NCBI GenBank assembly: GCA_963701855.1
Contig: CAVPBK010000006.1
Span: 1,312,001-1,376,000 of the forward strand
Direction: 5' to 3'
Source: Nitrospirota bacterium
GTDB taxonomy: Bacteria; Nitrospirota; Nitrospiria; Nitrospirales; Nitrospiraceae
DNA: 64,000 nucleotides
Made by a program: the position numbers and the translations under genes. How positions within the stretch are numbered: position 1 is the first letter of the stretch; each line of letters opens with the position of its first letter. Shown one piece after another: positions 49,058 through 59,076 of the stretch. A model generated the notes under the pieces. The model was not told where the DNA came from. It searched no databases and saw only the letters and a list, made by a program, of their open reading frames with translations.

Positions 49058-50158
49058 ATGCCAAAAGAAACGATCGAAACGCTGATTTCTGAGCTGGTCC
49101 ATGAAGAAGACTGGCGACGAATGCGGGCGACCGCAGCCTGTTTGTCGGGCGGGCCTCGCGCGGTGCAGGCGTTGGTGCAAGCGTTAGAGAAAGGATCGCC
49201 GGCGTTGAAAGCTGAGGCTGCGGCTATGTTGGCGCGTGTGAACGATCCTCAGGCCGGCGTGCCGCTAGTCGGCTTACTCCGCGACGACGATGAGGCCGTC
49301 CGCAAGGCCGGCGCGTCAGCCTTGGAACACATGGCGGGGGTGCTGGAGGAGACGACCGCGGCGGCGCTGGCCTCGCTGCTCTATGAATCGAAGGATGAGG
49401 GGATTCGTGTGGCGGCCTCGCAGTTGTTAGGGGTCATTCCGAATGCGATCGCGCCGCTCTGCGAGATGTTGACACATCAGGACCCGGAAGCACAGATCAT
49501 GGCTGCGACGATGCTGGAGCATTTGCTTGACCCCCGTTCGTCGGATTCGTTTATCAATGCGATGGGGCAGCCGGCTGTTCGCGATATTGCTGTGCGGACG
49601 CTCAAAAAGTTGAGCGCGATTCGTGAACGCATTGACGAGGTGTTCGACGAGCTTCGTGCGATCGAGGAGTTGAGCGAACGGGAAGAGGCTCGTATGAGTA
49701 CTGTGATCAATCTTCTGGCCATCGGGCGTCCGAGCGTGGAGATTTTGATCGAGTATCTGGACGATGACGATTGGCTGGTCCGTGAAGCCGCCGCCGATTT
49801 GCTGGGGAAGATCGGCGATGTCCGCGCGGTTGAGCCCTTGATGCAACGGTTGCGGGTCGATAAAGATACGGGCGTGAAGGAGCTGGCGATGAAATCATTG
49901 GGTTTGATCGGCGATGCCAGGCCGGCCCAACTCTATATCGAGGCCATTCCCATTCGACCCTTGAGGGTCTATGCCATGGAAGCTTTGGCCAAAGTGAAAG
50001 ATGTGGACGTGTTGCGGCCGTACAAAGAACTTTTCGATCGGTTGAGAACGGACCGTGACGGCCTGGTCGCGTACAACTCCGGGTTGATCGCCGACAAACT
50101 GGAGGCGCTCGATGGGACGCCTGTCGGGAGTCAGGGAGGGCAGGACGACGATGAGTGA
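49058..50158 (+). CDS. HEAT repeat protein 3
   Basis: DDDWLVREAAADLLGKIGDVRAVEPL and related units. Confidence 0.85.
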   Translation: MPKETIETLISELVHEEDWRRMRATAACLSGGPRAVQALVQALEKGSPALKAEAAAMLARVNDPQAGVPLVGLLRDDDEAVRKAGASALEHMAGVLEETTAAALASLLYESKDEGIRVAASQLLGVIPNAIAPLCEMLTHQDPEAQIMAATMLEHLLDPRSSDSFINAMGQPAVRDIAVRTLKKLSAIRERIDEVFDELRAIEELSEREEARMSTVINLLAIGRPSVEILIEYLDDDDWLVREAAADLLGKIGDVRAVEPLMQRLRVDKDTGVKELAMKSLGLIGDARPAQLYIEAIPIRPLRVYAMEALAKVKDVDVLRPYKELFDRLRTDRDGLVAYNSGLIADKLEALDGTPVGSQGGQDDDE

Positions 50159-50915
50159 CGAGATGCAGGCTGAACGGATTGAACAATTGATCGGGGCCCT
50201 GCGGGACGACAATGATGCGCTCCGTGACCATGCAATTGCCAGTTTGAGTCAAGTGGGTGAGGAGGCGGTAGGGCCGCTGATCGGGCTGATGGCGGACGAA
50301 GATGTTCTGATTCGGGAAGCGGCGACCAGTGCCATCGTACGGATCGGTCCATCCGTCGTCGGTCCGTTGATCGAAGCGTTGGAGGACGATGAGTGGGCGA
50401 TTCGCGAGCAGGCTGCATCGGGATTGGGGAAGCTGAAGGATCCTCGGGGCGTCGATCCCCTCGTGAAGGCGCTCAAAGATAAAGACGGCGCAGTGCGAAC
50501 CGCCGCCGTGTGGGCGCTGGAGCGTGTCGGCGATGCGCGCGCCGTGCCTGGATTGGTTGAGGCGCTGACCGATCATACGGTGCATGAGGATGTGGCACGC
50601 GTGCTGAAGAAAATCGGCGATGCGCGCGCTGTGGACGCCTTGATCGATGGGTTGTTGGGTAGTAACTGGATGGTGCGGCGACATGCGGCTGAAGCCTTGG
50701 GTAAGATCGGCGATGCCCGCGGAGTCGGCCCGTTGATCGAGGCGCTCAAGGATGAAGACTGGCTTGTGCGGCGGAATGCCGCGGAGTCGCTCGCGCGGCT
50801 CGGGGCAAAGCAGGCCATCGACCCCTTGCTTCCGCTGCTTGAAGATGAGAATACGATGGTGCAGGAAACGGTCGAAGGTGTGTTGGCAAGTCTCGGATGG
50901 ATCGCGAAGCCGTAA
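50151..50915 (+). CDS. HEAT repeat protein 4
   Basis: Nearly pure HEAT units; start overlaps the previous stop. Confidence 0.9.
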   Translation: MSDEMQAERIEQLIGALRDDNDALRDHAIASLSQVGEEAVGPLIGLMADEDVLIREAATSAIVRIGPSVVGPLIEALEDDEWAIREQAASGLGKLKDPRGVDPLVKALKDKDGAVRTAAVWALERVGDARAVPGLVEALTDHTVHEDVARVLKKIGDARAVDALIDGLLGSNWMVRRHAAEALGKIGDARGVGPLIEALKDEDWLVRRNAAESLARLGAKQAIDPLLPLLEDENTMVQETVEGVLASLGWIAKP

Positions 50916-50945
50916 TCTTTATTTCGATGCAAAAGGATATATCTC

Positions 50946-51656
50946 ATGGCGGATGAAGTTCCTCCAAAGCTTATTCAGATCGGTCCGAAGGGCGGCGCGA
51001 AGAAGGACGGATTCAATCTCGTCACGGAACGAGTCGTCGCGGTGAACCCTGAAGCGAAACAGCTCGAAGTCGAACTGTTGGCCTACGATGGGAAGACGGT
51101 CGTATTAGATGTGGATGACGAGGCGCTCGAAGAGCTGAAGCGCCTTAAGATAGGGGATGGCGCCACCATCCGTGTCGTCGAAGAAGGCGGGCGCCGGATC
51201 GCCAAAAGCATTCGGATTCGCGCGAAGGATCCCAATGCGGCGCGAGCCGATGCGATGCTTTTGGATCTCAAGGATAGCCATTGGCTCAACCGCAAGTATG
51301 CGGCTGAAGTGCTGGGTGAGCTGAGAGAGGTTCGCGCCATACAGCCGCTGGTCGATGCTTTGGCGGATGAAGTCGGTGATGTCCGGCAGCGCGCCTATGA
51401 TTCCTTGATCAAGATCGGCGGGCCGGCGGTGTCGGTGCTCGTGCCCTTGCTGGTGTCGGAGGAAGACGAAATCAGGCAATCTGTCACGGAAATTATCCGT
51501 AAAATCGGAAAGCCCGCTGTTGAGCCGCTGGCCACGGCGCTCGCCGAGGCCGACGACCGTCTGAAGACGAGGGTGATGAAGGTGTTGGACCGGATGGGCT
51601 ACAAGCCGAAAGTCAAAGATGAGGGCAAGGCTGTTGACGTGCCGCGACTCGCGTAA
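50946..51656 (+). CDS. HEAT repeat protein 5 with N-terminal OB-fold-like domain
   Basis: VVAVNPEAKQLEV...LKIGDGATIRV, then HEAT units. Confidence 0.8.
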   Translation: MADEVPPKLIQIGPKGGAKKDGFNLVTERVVAVNPEAKQLEVELLAYDGKTVVLDVDDEALEELKRLKIGDGATIRVVEEGGRRIAKSIRIRAKDPNAARADAMLLDLKDSHWLNRKYAAEVLGELREVRAIQPLVDALADEVGDVRQRAYDSLIKIGGPAVSVLVPLLVSEEDEIRQSVTEIIRKIGKPAVEPLATALAEADDRLKTRVMKVLDRMGYKPKVKDEGKAVDVPRLA

Positions 51657-51860
51657 CAGGCTGCGGAAAAACTAGTTTAGCATGCGAGACCTTCGTTGGT
51701 CTGCATGTCTGGCACAACAGGAATACCTTTCGCAAGATGCTCAAAAAGGCCATCCGGCAAGGCCGTAGCGAGTGAAGGGCCGAAGCGTATCCTCTGGGAT
51801 ACGTTGAGGGTCTGAACGATGCGAGCACGCTGCTGGCAGACGTTTTCAGATTCCTGCTAA
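51654..51860 (-). repeat. Family A repeat with extension
   Basis: Inverted relative of the 40768 core plus the 42541-42620 extension. Confidence 0.8.
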
Positions 51861-51868
51861 TGCCGCTG

Positions 51869-53194
51869 TTACTTCGCCTGGGAAGGAGATTTACTCGGTC
51901 TCCCGACCGAAATGTGACGGAAGCCAAAGGCTGCGACCCGGTCTGGTTCATAGACGTTGCGCAAGTCGAAAAAGATGGACTGGCGCAATGCGGCTTTCAG
52001 TCTGTCGAAGTCGAGGGTTCGGAACTGGTTCCATTCGGTCATGAGGATGAGCGCGTCGGCTCCCTGTGCCGACTCATAGGCGTCTTTGCAGGGAACGAGG
52101 CCCGACACGATCTGGCAGGCTTCTTCGAGCGCGGCGGGGTCATAGGCGCGAACTGTTGCGCCCTGGTTTATGAGTTCTTGCGCGATCGCCAGGGCCGGCG
52201 CATCCCGCAGGTCGTTCGTATTGGGTTTGAAGGACAGGCCCAACATCGCGAACGTCTTCCCCTTGAGTCCCCCAACCTCTTTCGTGATCTTTTCAATCAT
52301 CCGGACGCGTTGCTGTTCGTTAATAAGGGCGGCGGCGCCGGCGATTTGCATGGGATAGCCAACTCGCTCCCCCGTCTGTACAAGGGCGGCCAGATCTTTC
52401 GGAAAGCACGATCCGCCGAACCCCGGTCCTGCGTGGAGAAACTTCGATCCAATCCGGTTGTCGAGTCCCATGCCTTTCGCCACCATCTGCACGTCGGCGC
52501 CGACCCGTTCACAAACTGTCGCGATTTCGTTGATGAACGAAATTTTTGTGGCAAGGAAGGCATTAGAGGCATATTTGATCATCTCGGCAGTTGGGATGTC
52601 GGTCACAACAAACGGAGTTTCGATGAGGTATAGCGGACGATAGAGATCTTTCATGATGGCAATCGCTTGGTCGCTGTCTGCGCCTATGACGACCCGGTTC
52701 GGTCGCATGAAATCTTCGATGGCGGACCCTTCACGAAGAAACTCCGGATTAGAAACGATGTCGAATCGGAACTTGCCTGATTGATTGGCGTTGATCACTT
52801 CACGCAGTTTTGTCCCTGTTCCAACCGGAACAGTCGACTTGGTGACGATGACCTTATATCCGGTCATCGTTTTGGCGATGCCACGGCCGACTTCTTCTAC
52901 GTATGAGAGATCGGCAGATCCGTCAGGGCTCGGTGGGGTTCCAACCGCGATGAAGATGACCAGGGCCTTGTCGACGGCTTTAGCGATGTCGGTGGTAAAG
53001 CTGATCCGGTTCTCCCTGATTCCTTTGGCGACGAGCTCTGTGATCCCCGGTTCGTAGAATGGCACATCACCCTTCTCAAGCCTGGCGATCCGTTTGGCGT
53101 CGGTATCCATGCAGGTCACGTTGACCCCGAATTCCGAAAAGCAGGCACCTGTTACTAGCCCGACATAGCCGGTTCCGATCACACTGATATTCAT
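51869..53194 (-). CDS. ugd: UDP-glucose 6-dehydrogenase
   Basis: GTGYVGL, KSTVPVG, SNPEFLREG, GFGGSCFPKD. Confidence 0.95.
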   Translation of the reverse strand: MNISVIGTGYVGLVTGACFSEFGVNVTCMDTDAKRIARLEKGDVPFYEPGITELVAKGIRENRISFTTDIAKAVDKALVIFIAVGTPPSPDGSADLSYVEEVGRGIAKTMTGYKVIVTKSTVPVGTGTKLREVINANQSGKFRFDIVSNPEFLREGSAIEDFMRPNRVVIGADSDQAIAIMKDLYRPLYLIETPFVVTDIPTAEMIKYASNAFLATKISFINEIATVCERVGADVQMVAKGMGLDNRIGSKFLHAGPGFGGSCFPKDLAALVQTGERVGYPMQIAGAAALINEQQRVRMIEKITKEVGGLKGKTFAMLGLSFKPNTNDLRDAPALAIAQELINQGATVRAYDPAALEEACQIVSGLVPCKDAYESAQGADALILMTEWNQFRTLDFDRLKAALRQSIFFDLRNVYEPDRVAAFGFRHISVGRPSKSPSQAK

Positions 53195-53311
53195 GGGCCG
53201 CTATCCTCCTAAAGCTAAGAACGACTTGGCCGAGTATAGCAATGGTACCGGGGGTGAGCAACGAAGTTTTGGAAAGCCATATTCACAGGGAGAAATTACC
53301 CGGGCCGCTCG

Positions 53312-53340
53312 TTGACAGGTGTGCAAGGGCTGGGTACTAT
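53312..53340 (+). promoter_or_regulatory. Sigma70-type promoter
   Basis: TTGACA-N17-TACTAT. Confidence 0.6.
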
Positions 53341-53370
53341 TTGCTCCCTTCATCGGACGGATTCTATCGT

Positions 53371-53781
53371 ATGGTGATTCAGAGCACACCTCTTCAGCGG
53401 CCTCTTGCCGTAATGATGCGCCGGACCTTGCGCATGATTAGCCCAGACACAACGTTGTTTGAGGCAGCCAAGCTCATGCGTGACGCGAGGGTCGGCGCTT
53501 TGTTGGTGGAAGAGGCCGGTCGCTATAGTGGCATCGTCAGCGAATCGGACTTGGTTCGCAAGGGGATGGCCGAATCATGCCCGGCGCACGAGACGTCGGT
53601 TCGTGCCGTCATGAGCAGCCCGCTGCTGTCGATTGAGATTACAAGCTCGGCCCACGAGGCGAGTGAGAAGATGGCGGAACATGGGATTCGGCATCTGGCA
53701 ATCTCGGAGGAGGGGCAGATCGTCGGGATGATCTCCGTCCGAGACCTCTTACGCTATTTCAAAAACTGGGGCGGTTTGTGA
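53371..53781 (+). CDS. CBS domain protein
   Basis: GIVSESDLV, VRAVMSSP, GIRHL, GMISVRDL. Confidence 0.9.
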   Translation: MVIQSTPLQRPLAVMMRRTLRMISPDTTLFEAAKLMRDARVGALLVEEAGRYSGIVSESDLVRKGMAESCPAHETSVRAVMSSPLLSIEITSSAHEASEKMAEHGIRHLAISEEGQIVGMISVRDLLRYFKNWGGL

Positions 53782-53839
53782 CTCTGTGGGCTCGTGAGGC
53801 AGTACCAGATCGTTTCCCTACTCTGTGTCATGTTTCCGC

Positions 53840-55414
53840 ATGGGTTTCGTGAACCGGCCAGCTCATATCCCTCAGTGGTTTCTGCTGATAACGGCGCTGG
53901 CGACCGGTGCGGTGGTGATGGCGCTCGAGATTGTGGGAAGCCGGCTCCTGGCTCCTGTCTTTGGAAACTCCCTGTTTGTCTGGGGCGCATTAATCGGAGT
54001 GATTCTTGCGGCCATGAGCAGCGGGTATGCGTTTGGAGGCTGGCTCTCGGACCGGCGTCCTGGCGCGCAGGTGTTGGCCGGTCTGCTCCTGTTCTCCGGA
54101 GCCTGGACCTTTCTGATCGCGTGGCTGGGCCAGCCGGTGCTTTTTAAGGTGGCGGGAATCATTGAGGACCCTCGGTGGGGACCCTGTGTCGCTGCGGCAC
54201 TGCTCCTGGGTCCGCCGGCTTTCGGTTTGAGCGGCGTGCTGCCGGCCCTATTGCGATTGGCCGTGTTGGATCTTGAGTATTTCGGCCGGCATACCGGTCG
54301 AATGATCGCGCTCTCGACTATGGGGAGCTTGGCGGGAACGTGGGGGACGGCATTTTTCTTTTTGTCCTGGGTCGGCAGCCAGGCGCTTGTTGCGTGGCTC
54401 GGCGCCATTCAAGTGGGGCTTGGTCTCTGGTGGTTGATCGGCAGGACATCCGTGCGGCCCTTGGTGATCGGTGTGCTTTTCTTATGTGTTGGAGGCCTGG
54501 GGGCTGGTGCGTGGTTTCCGATCCAGACGTTGAAAGATCCTGTTTATCAGGAAGACAGCCCGTACCAGCAAGTACGAATTCGCGATGACGATCTGTTTCG
54601 CTATCTTGTCTTGGACCGGACATTCCACGCAGTCATGTGGAAGGTGGATCCTGTCGCCCTATTTCTCCCCTACAGTCAACTGATGGTCGCGTCGCTGGCG
54701 TTGGTGCCAGAACCGAAACAGGGTCTGATCCTCGGCCATGGAGGCGGATCGCTGGCAAAGTGGCTTGCCCATCGATGGCCTGAACTCGAGCTGGACGTGG
54801 TTGAGTTTGATCCCACGGTCGTCCGCATGGCTGAAGAATATTTCTTCTATCAGCCGCCACCCCAGCATCATGTGCACGTCCGGGATGCTCGGGTCTTTCT
54901 GAATTCCACGGGGCAGAGGTACGATCTTATTTGGGTCGATGCGTTTGCCCGACACATGATTCCGTTTCACCTGACCACGGCGGAGTTCTTTGCGGAGCTG
55001 CGCGCCCATCTTGCACCGAACGGCATCCTGGCCGTGAATTTGGCCTCGTCGGGCGAAGGTGGAGATCTGTTGCGGGCCAATGCGGTCGTGCAGACGATGA
55101 GACGATCGTTTCCCCACATTGAGTCCTTTGCGGTCAAGGGGCCCTGGACGTCTTCTCAGGTGCGATCGGAGAATCTGATTTTTTTTGCCGGTGCGCCGCT
55201 CGAACGGCACATGTTTACGACTATTGTGGCGAATGCGAACAGATTGGTTGAGCAGCAGCGTCTTCCCTTCGAGACCATTGCCTTGTTGACTGCCCATCGG
55301 ACGCAACCCTGGGAGGCTGGTGTCGTCTTGACCGACAACTATGCGCCGTACGATCTCTTGATCGGATCCACGGCTCAAGAGGCGCAACCTGAGGCGGATA
55401 AACGATTGAAGTAA
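53840..55414 (+). CDS. Fused membrane domain/spermidine synthase-like methyltransferase
   Basis: MALEIVGSRLLAPVFG, ILGHGGGS, VEFDP, WVDAF, LTDNYAP. Confidence 0.85.
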   Translation: MGFVNRPAHIPQWFLLITALATGAVVMALEIVGSRLLAPVFGNSLFVWGALIGVILAAMSSGYAFGGWLSDRRPGAQVLAGLLLFSGAWTFLIAWLGQPVLFKVAGIIEDPRWGPCVAAALLLGPPAFGLSGVLPALLRLAVLDLEYFGRHTGRMIALSTMGSLAGTWGTAFFFLSWVGSQALVAWLGAIQVGLGLWWLIGRTSVRPLVIGVLFLCVGGLGAGAWFPIQTLKDPVYQEDSPYQQVRIRDDDLFRYLVLDRTFHAVMWKVDPVALFLPYSQLMVASLALVPEPKQGLILGHGGGSLAKWLAHRWPELELDVVEFDPTVVRMAEEYFFYQPPPQHHVHVRDARVFLNSTGQRYDLIWVDAFARHMIPFHLTTAEFFAELRAHLAPNGILAVNLASSGEGGDLLRANAVVQTMRRSFPHIESFAVKGPWTSSQVRSENLIFFAGAPLERHMFTTIVANANRLVEQQRLPFETIALLTAHRTQPWEAGVVLTDNYAPYDLLIGSTAQEAQPEADKRLK

Positions 55415-55675
55415 CTCTGAAGAGTTTGTTAGTGTAGCGTGGCCACAGTACAGGTGGTCCCGGAAAAGATCCAGAATAACGCTCTTGCTTCCGATTTCGT
55501 TGCGGTGCTATTTATAAGACCACACTCGAAGCGCAGCCATGCTGTGTGGGTATGGATGGGGAAACTCAAGGTATAAAGGTATAATAGTGGTCGGCGAGAT
55601 CAGGGTTCACGGAGCTTGGCGGAGGTATTCACCAACCTAATCGTATCTCTTCTTCTTTCTATAAGGAGGTAGGTC

Positions 55676-56155
55676 ATGGGTAAGACGGTGTTGAGGGTCT
55701 TCTTCGGCCTCATGATGGTTGTGGTTGGGGCGTCGACAGCATTTGCGCTCCAGGCAGGCGGAGTCGAAGTCGGGGATTTGGAGACTGGCTCCGTTGTGGG
55801 GCAGTCGTTCAAGGAATTGGATGTTGATGCCCAACTGTTCGCGGTCGAGATAGGGGACCTCAAGACGTGGTATCCGCCTATTACCATCCTCGATTTCAAA
55901 GTTCGCCCTGGTCGTCCAGTCTTGCTCAAGGTGACGAATAAATCTACGGCCGAGCATGGATTCCAGATGACGGATGCCACGAACGCTGGTTCACCGTTTG
56001 TCATGAAAGCGGAAGTGGTCTTGAAGCCTGGTGAAACGAAGTACATTGGGATTCCCACCAGCGATATGTTCTATGCGACCCAGGGGAATACACTGACCTA
56101 TCGCTGCCATTTGCATCCGGGACATGTCGGCGGCAAGATTCTTATGCTCAAGTAA
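55676..56155 (+). CDS. Periplasmic cupredoxin, nitrosocyanin-like
   Basis: AAGGAGG RBS, signal peptide, NKSTAEHGF, LKPGETK, CHLHPGHVGG. Confidence 0.75.
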   Translation: MGKTVLRVFFGLMMVVVGASTAFALQAGGVEVGDLETGSVVGQSFKELDVDAQLFAVEIGDLKTWYPPITILDFKVRPGRPVLLKVTNKSTAEHGFQMTDATNAGSPFVMKAEVVLKPGETKYIGIPTSDMFYATQGNTLTYRCHLHPGHVGGKILMLK

Positions 56156-56178
56156 CAGTTCTTGGAAGATGTGAGTGT

Positions 56179-56224
56179 CCACCGCCCTCTCCGCGATACC
56201 GTGGAGAGGGCGGTGGCTTTTTTA
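56179..56224 (+). terminator. Rho-independent terminator
   Basis: CCACCGCCCTCTCC...GGAGAGGGCGGTGG followed by CTTTTTT. Confidence 0.85.
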
Positions 56225-56235
56225 GTAGGACGCGA

Positions 56236-56284
56236 GAAGCAGGAAGGCCCCGCCTCTCGCAAGAAAAGCAGGGCCTTCTTGCTT
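56236..56284 (-). terminator. Terminator-like hairpin of the ferredoxin gene
   Basis: AAGCAGGAAGGCCC...GGGCCTTCTTGCTT. Confidence 0.55.
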
Positions 56285-56301
56285 GAACGAGGAACGGATG
56301 A

Positions 56302-56763
<462 letters not shown>

Positions 56764-56858
56764 TCAACAGAGGGGCACTTGCTCAGAAGGCCCAGATTCC
56801 CTGTGTTAATGGGCCTTTGGGCCCAGGGGTTCGTAATGAGTCGTGACGGAGAATGTCT

Positions 56859-57353
56859 ATGGCTACCTTGCCGGCAAGTGATCGGGGGCAGAAAAAGAAG
56901 CGCATTGTCACGCTCGCTCTCATGGCGATTTTCTTGATGAGCGCTTCATTCTTTCTCATCGATCGAAAAGAGGAAACCATCATTGTCGTCTCCTTTCCGA
57001 ACGGTCGTGAGCTCGAGGCGGAAGTGGCGGACACACCGGAGAAGTTGCTCGTCGGTCTTGCCTTTCGAGAGGCGTTGCCGGTGAATGGTGGATTGCTGTA
57101 TATCTTCGAGTCAACTGGCCAGAATCACCTCTGGACGAAGGAGTATCGGTTTCCGGTGGACATGATGTGGGTTGATGAAAGTCATCATATTGTTGGGTTG
57201 AAAGAAAATGTCGCTCCCTGCCTGGAAGCTGATTGCCCCAAGTATAGTTCCTCTCCCGAAGCGGTCCGCTATGCGATTCAAACAGAAGCGGGTTTCATCA
57301 AGCGGGAAGGGGTTACCATCGGGCTGGAGTTGAAATATACGCTTCGGATGTAA
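56859..57353 (+). CDS. DUF192 domain protein
   Basis: AEVADTPE....GL.FR..LP..GGLLYIF, FPVDMMWV. Confidence 0.85.
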   Translation: MATLPASDRGQKKKRIVTLALMAIFLMSASFFLIDRKEETIIVVSFPNGRELEAEVADTPEKLLVGLAFREALPVNGGLLYIFESTGQNHLWTKEYRFPVDMMWVDESHHIVGLKENVAPCLEADCPKYSSSPEAVRYAIQTEAGFIKREGVTIGLELKYTLRM

Positions 57354-57402
57354 TGCGTGTTGGAGATTTTTCGAGATGCATGAGGAGAGGAGTCGGTGTA
57401 GC

Positions 57403-57723
57403 ATGCTAGAGGGGTTTCAATCTGTTGCCTTGGTCGCTGAGCTGCCACCCGGGACATCAAAAGCCGTCATGGTAAATAATCGGGAAATCGCGCTCTTCAA
57501 TATTGAAGGGAAGTATTTTGCGATTCATAATCTTTGCCCCCATGAAGGCGGTCCTTTGTGTGAAGGGCGCGTGAAGGGCTTTGTCGTAGCCTGTCCATGG
57601 CATGATTTGGCATTTGATGTTCGTAACGGGCGAGGGACGGACGGTGGTGGATATTGTGTAGGGAGTTATGATGTGCAGGTGGAAGGAGCGGAGATTTTTG
57701 TCGGGCCTCGGCGAAAATCGTAG
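57403..57723 (+). CDS. Rieske [2Fe-2S] ferredoxin (NirD-like)
   Basis: CPHEGGPL, CPWH. Confidence 0.9.
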   Translation: MLEGFQSVALVAELPPGTSKAVMVNNREIALFNIEGKYFAIHNLCPHEGGPLCEGRVKGFVVACPWHDLAFDVRNGRGTDGGGYCVGSYDVQVEGAEIFVGPRRKS

Positions 57724-57763
57724 CACGAACAAGTAAATCATAAGGAACGGGCTGCTGTGCCTA

Positions 57764-58123
57764 ATGACGATGAGTACGACACCTAGTCACGACCATGATG
57801 GCGCCACACAAGATGGGACCAAGGTCATTGAGACGACTCTTGAGCATCCCATACAGATTCATCTCTGGGAAGACAGGACCAGAGGGGAACTCTGGGTTCC
57901 GACCTATGACCCTACGGGTCTCGAGTTGCTGGCCGACGACTATCTTCGCATCGCCGGGAATAACGCGGTCGATAATGGGCAGCGGACTTTCGAGTTTAAA
58001 GCAGTTAAGCCGGGAACCCATCGGGTGCTGTTTGAAAAACGCATGGGGTGGAAATTCACCGCCGAAGATCGGCGCGTCTTCGACGTGATTGCCTCTGATG
58101 TTTCGTCTCGGAGAAGTGCGTAA
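57764..58123 (+). CDS. Chagasin/protease inhibitor I42-like protein
   Basis: LWEDRTRGELW, RTFEFKAVKPG, KRMGW. Confidence 0.6.
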   Translation: MTMSTTPSHDHDGATQDGTKVIETTLEHPIQIHLWEDRTRGELWVPTYDPTGLELLADDYLRIAGNNAVDNGQRTFEFKAVKPGTHRVLFEKRMGWKFTAEDRRVFDVIASDVSSRRSA

Positions 58124-58125
58124 TC

Positions 58126-58965
58126 GTGCCGAATGTGGCTTTCATTAACGGAGCATTCGTGCCGCTGGCCGAGGCGAAAGTTTCGATCGAAGATCGAGGC
58201 TTTCAGTTTGGCGACGGTGTCTATGAAGTGATCCGTACGTACAAGGGGCATCCCTTCTCACTCGATGCCCATTTGGCCCGACTGGATCGTAGCGCTGCAG
58301 CGCTTGAACTGACGCAGCCGTATTCTCGCGCCGAGTGGACGTGCCATGTCATGGAAGGGGTTAAACGGGCCGCCTATCCTGAAGCCAAAATCTATATTCA
58401 GATCACCAGGGGTGTCGCTCCTCGTGATCACGCCTTCTCGGATGACGTAACGCCGACGGTCGTCATGACGGTTCGTGAGTTTCACCCGCTCGACCGGTTG
58501 ATACAAGCGACCGGTGTGGAAGCGATGACGACCGAGGATATTCGATGGGGGCGCTGTGACATCAAGAGCGTGAATCTGTTGGCTAACGTGCTAGCACGTC
58601 AACAAGTAAAGCGGGCTCGTGTCTTCGAGGCCATATTAATCAACGCGGGATTGGTCACTGAAGGGGCGGTTAGCAACGTGATGGTGGTCCAGGGGGGAAC
58701 GGTGGTGACGGCTCCCGAAGGGCCGCGCATTCTGTCCGGGATCACAAGGGCCGTCGTGTTGGATTTGGCTCTGAGCGAGGGTCTGTCGTTTCAGGAACGC
58801 TTTGTCTCTCAGGCAGATCTCCATGAGGCTGACGAAGTATTTCTCACAGGGACCACAGTCGAGGTCTTGGCCGTCATCCGCATAGATGGGAAAATCATTG
58901 GAGATGGACGGCCTGGTCCGATTACCCAACGACTCGCCGCGAGTTTCACGAGTCTGGTCGGCTAG
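58126..58965 (+). CDS. dat: D-amino-acid transaminase (class IV PLP)
   Basis: DRGFQFGDGVYE, QITRG, RWGRCDIKS, ILSGITR. Confidence 0.85.
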   Translation: MPNVAFINGAFVPLAEAKVSIEDRGFQFGDGVYEVIRTYKGHPFSLDAHLARLDRSAAALELTQPYSRAEWTCHVMEGVKRAAYPEAKIYIQITRGVAPRDHAFSDDVTPTVVMTVREFHPLDRLIQATGVEAMTTEDIRWGRCDIKSVNLLANVLARQQVKRARVFEAILINAGLVTEGAVSNVMVVQGGTVVTAPEGPRILSGITRAVVLDLALSEGLSFQERFVSQADLHEADEVFLTGTTVEVLAVIRIDGKIIGDGRPGPITQRLAASFTSLVG

Positions 58966-58969
58966 CCCC

Positions 58970-59033
58970 TTGCTTTGGTATAGGTGGCGTGCTATGGTCC
59001 TCGGACTGGAAGTGGGCTCAGGCCCACTTTTTT
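58970..59033 (+). promoter_or_regulatory. rimP operon promoter and rimP-leader hairpin
   Basis: TTGCTT-N17-TATGGT, then AAGTGGGC-TCAG-GCCCACTT with T-tract, the GGGC/GCCC hairpin known upstream of rimP. Confidence 0.75.
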
Positions 59034-59076
59034 GTTTGATCTCTTGAATGGACCATCCAAAGATACGGGGCCAGGG

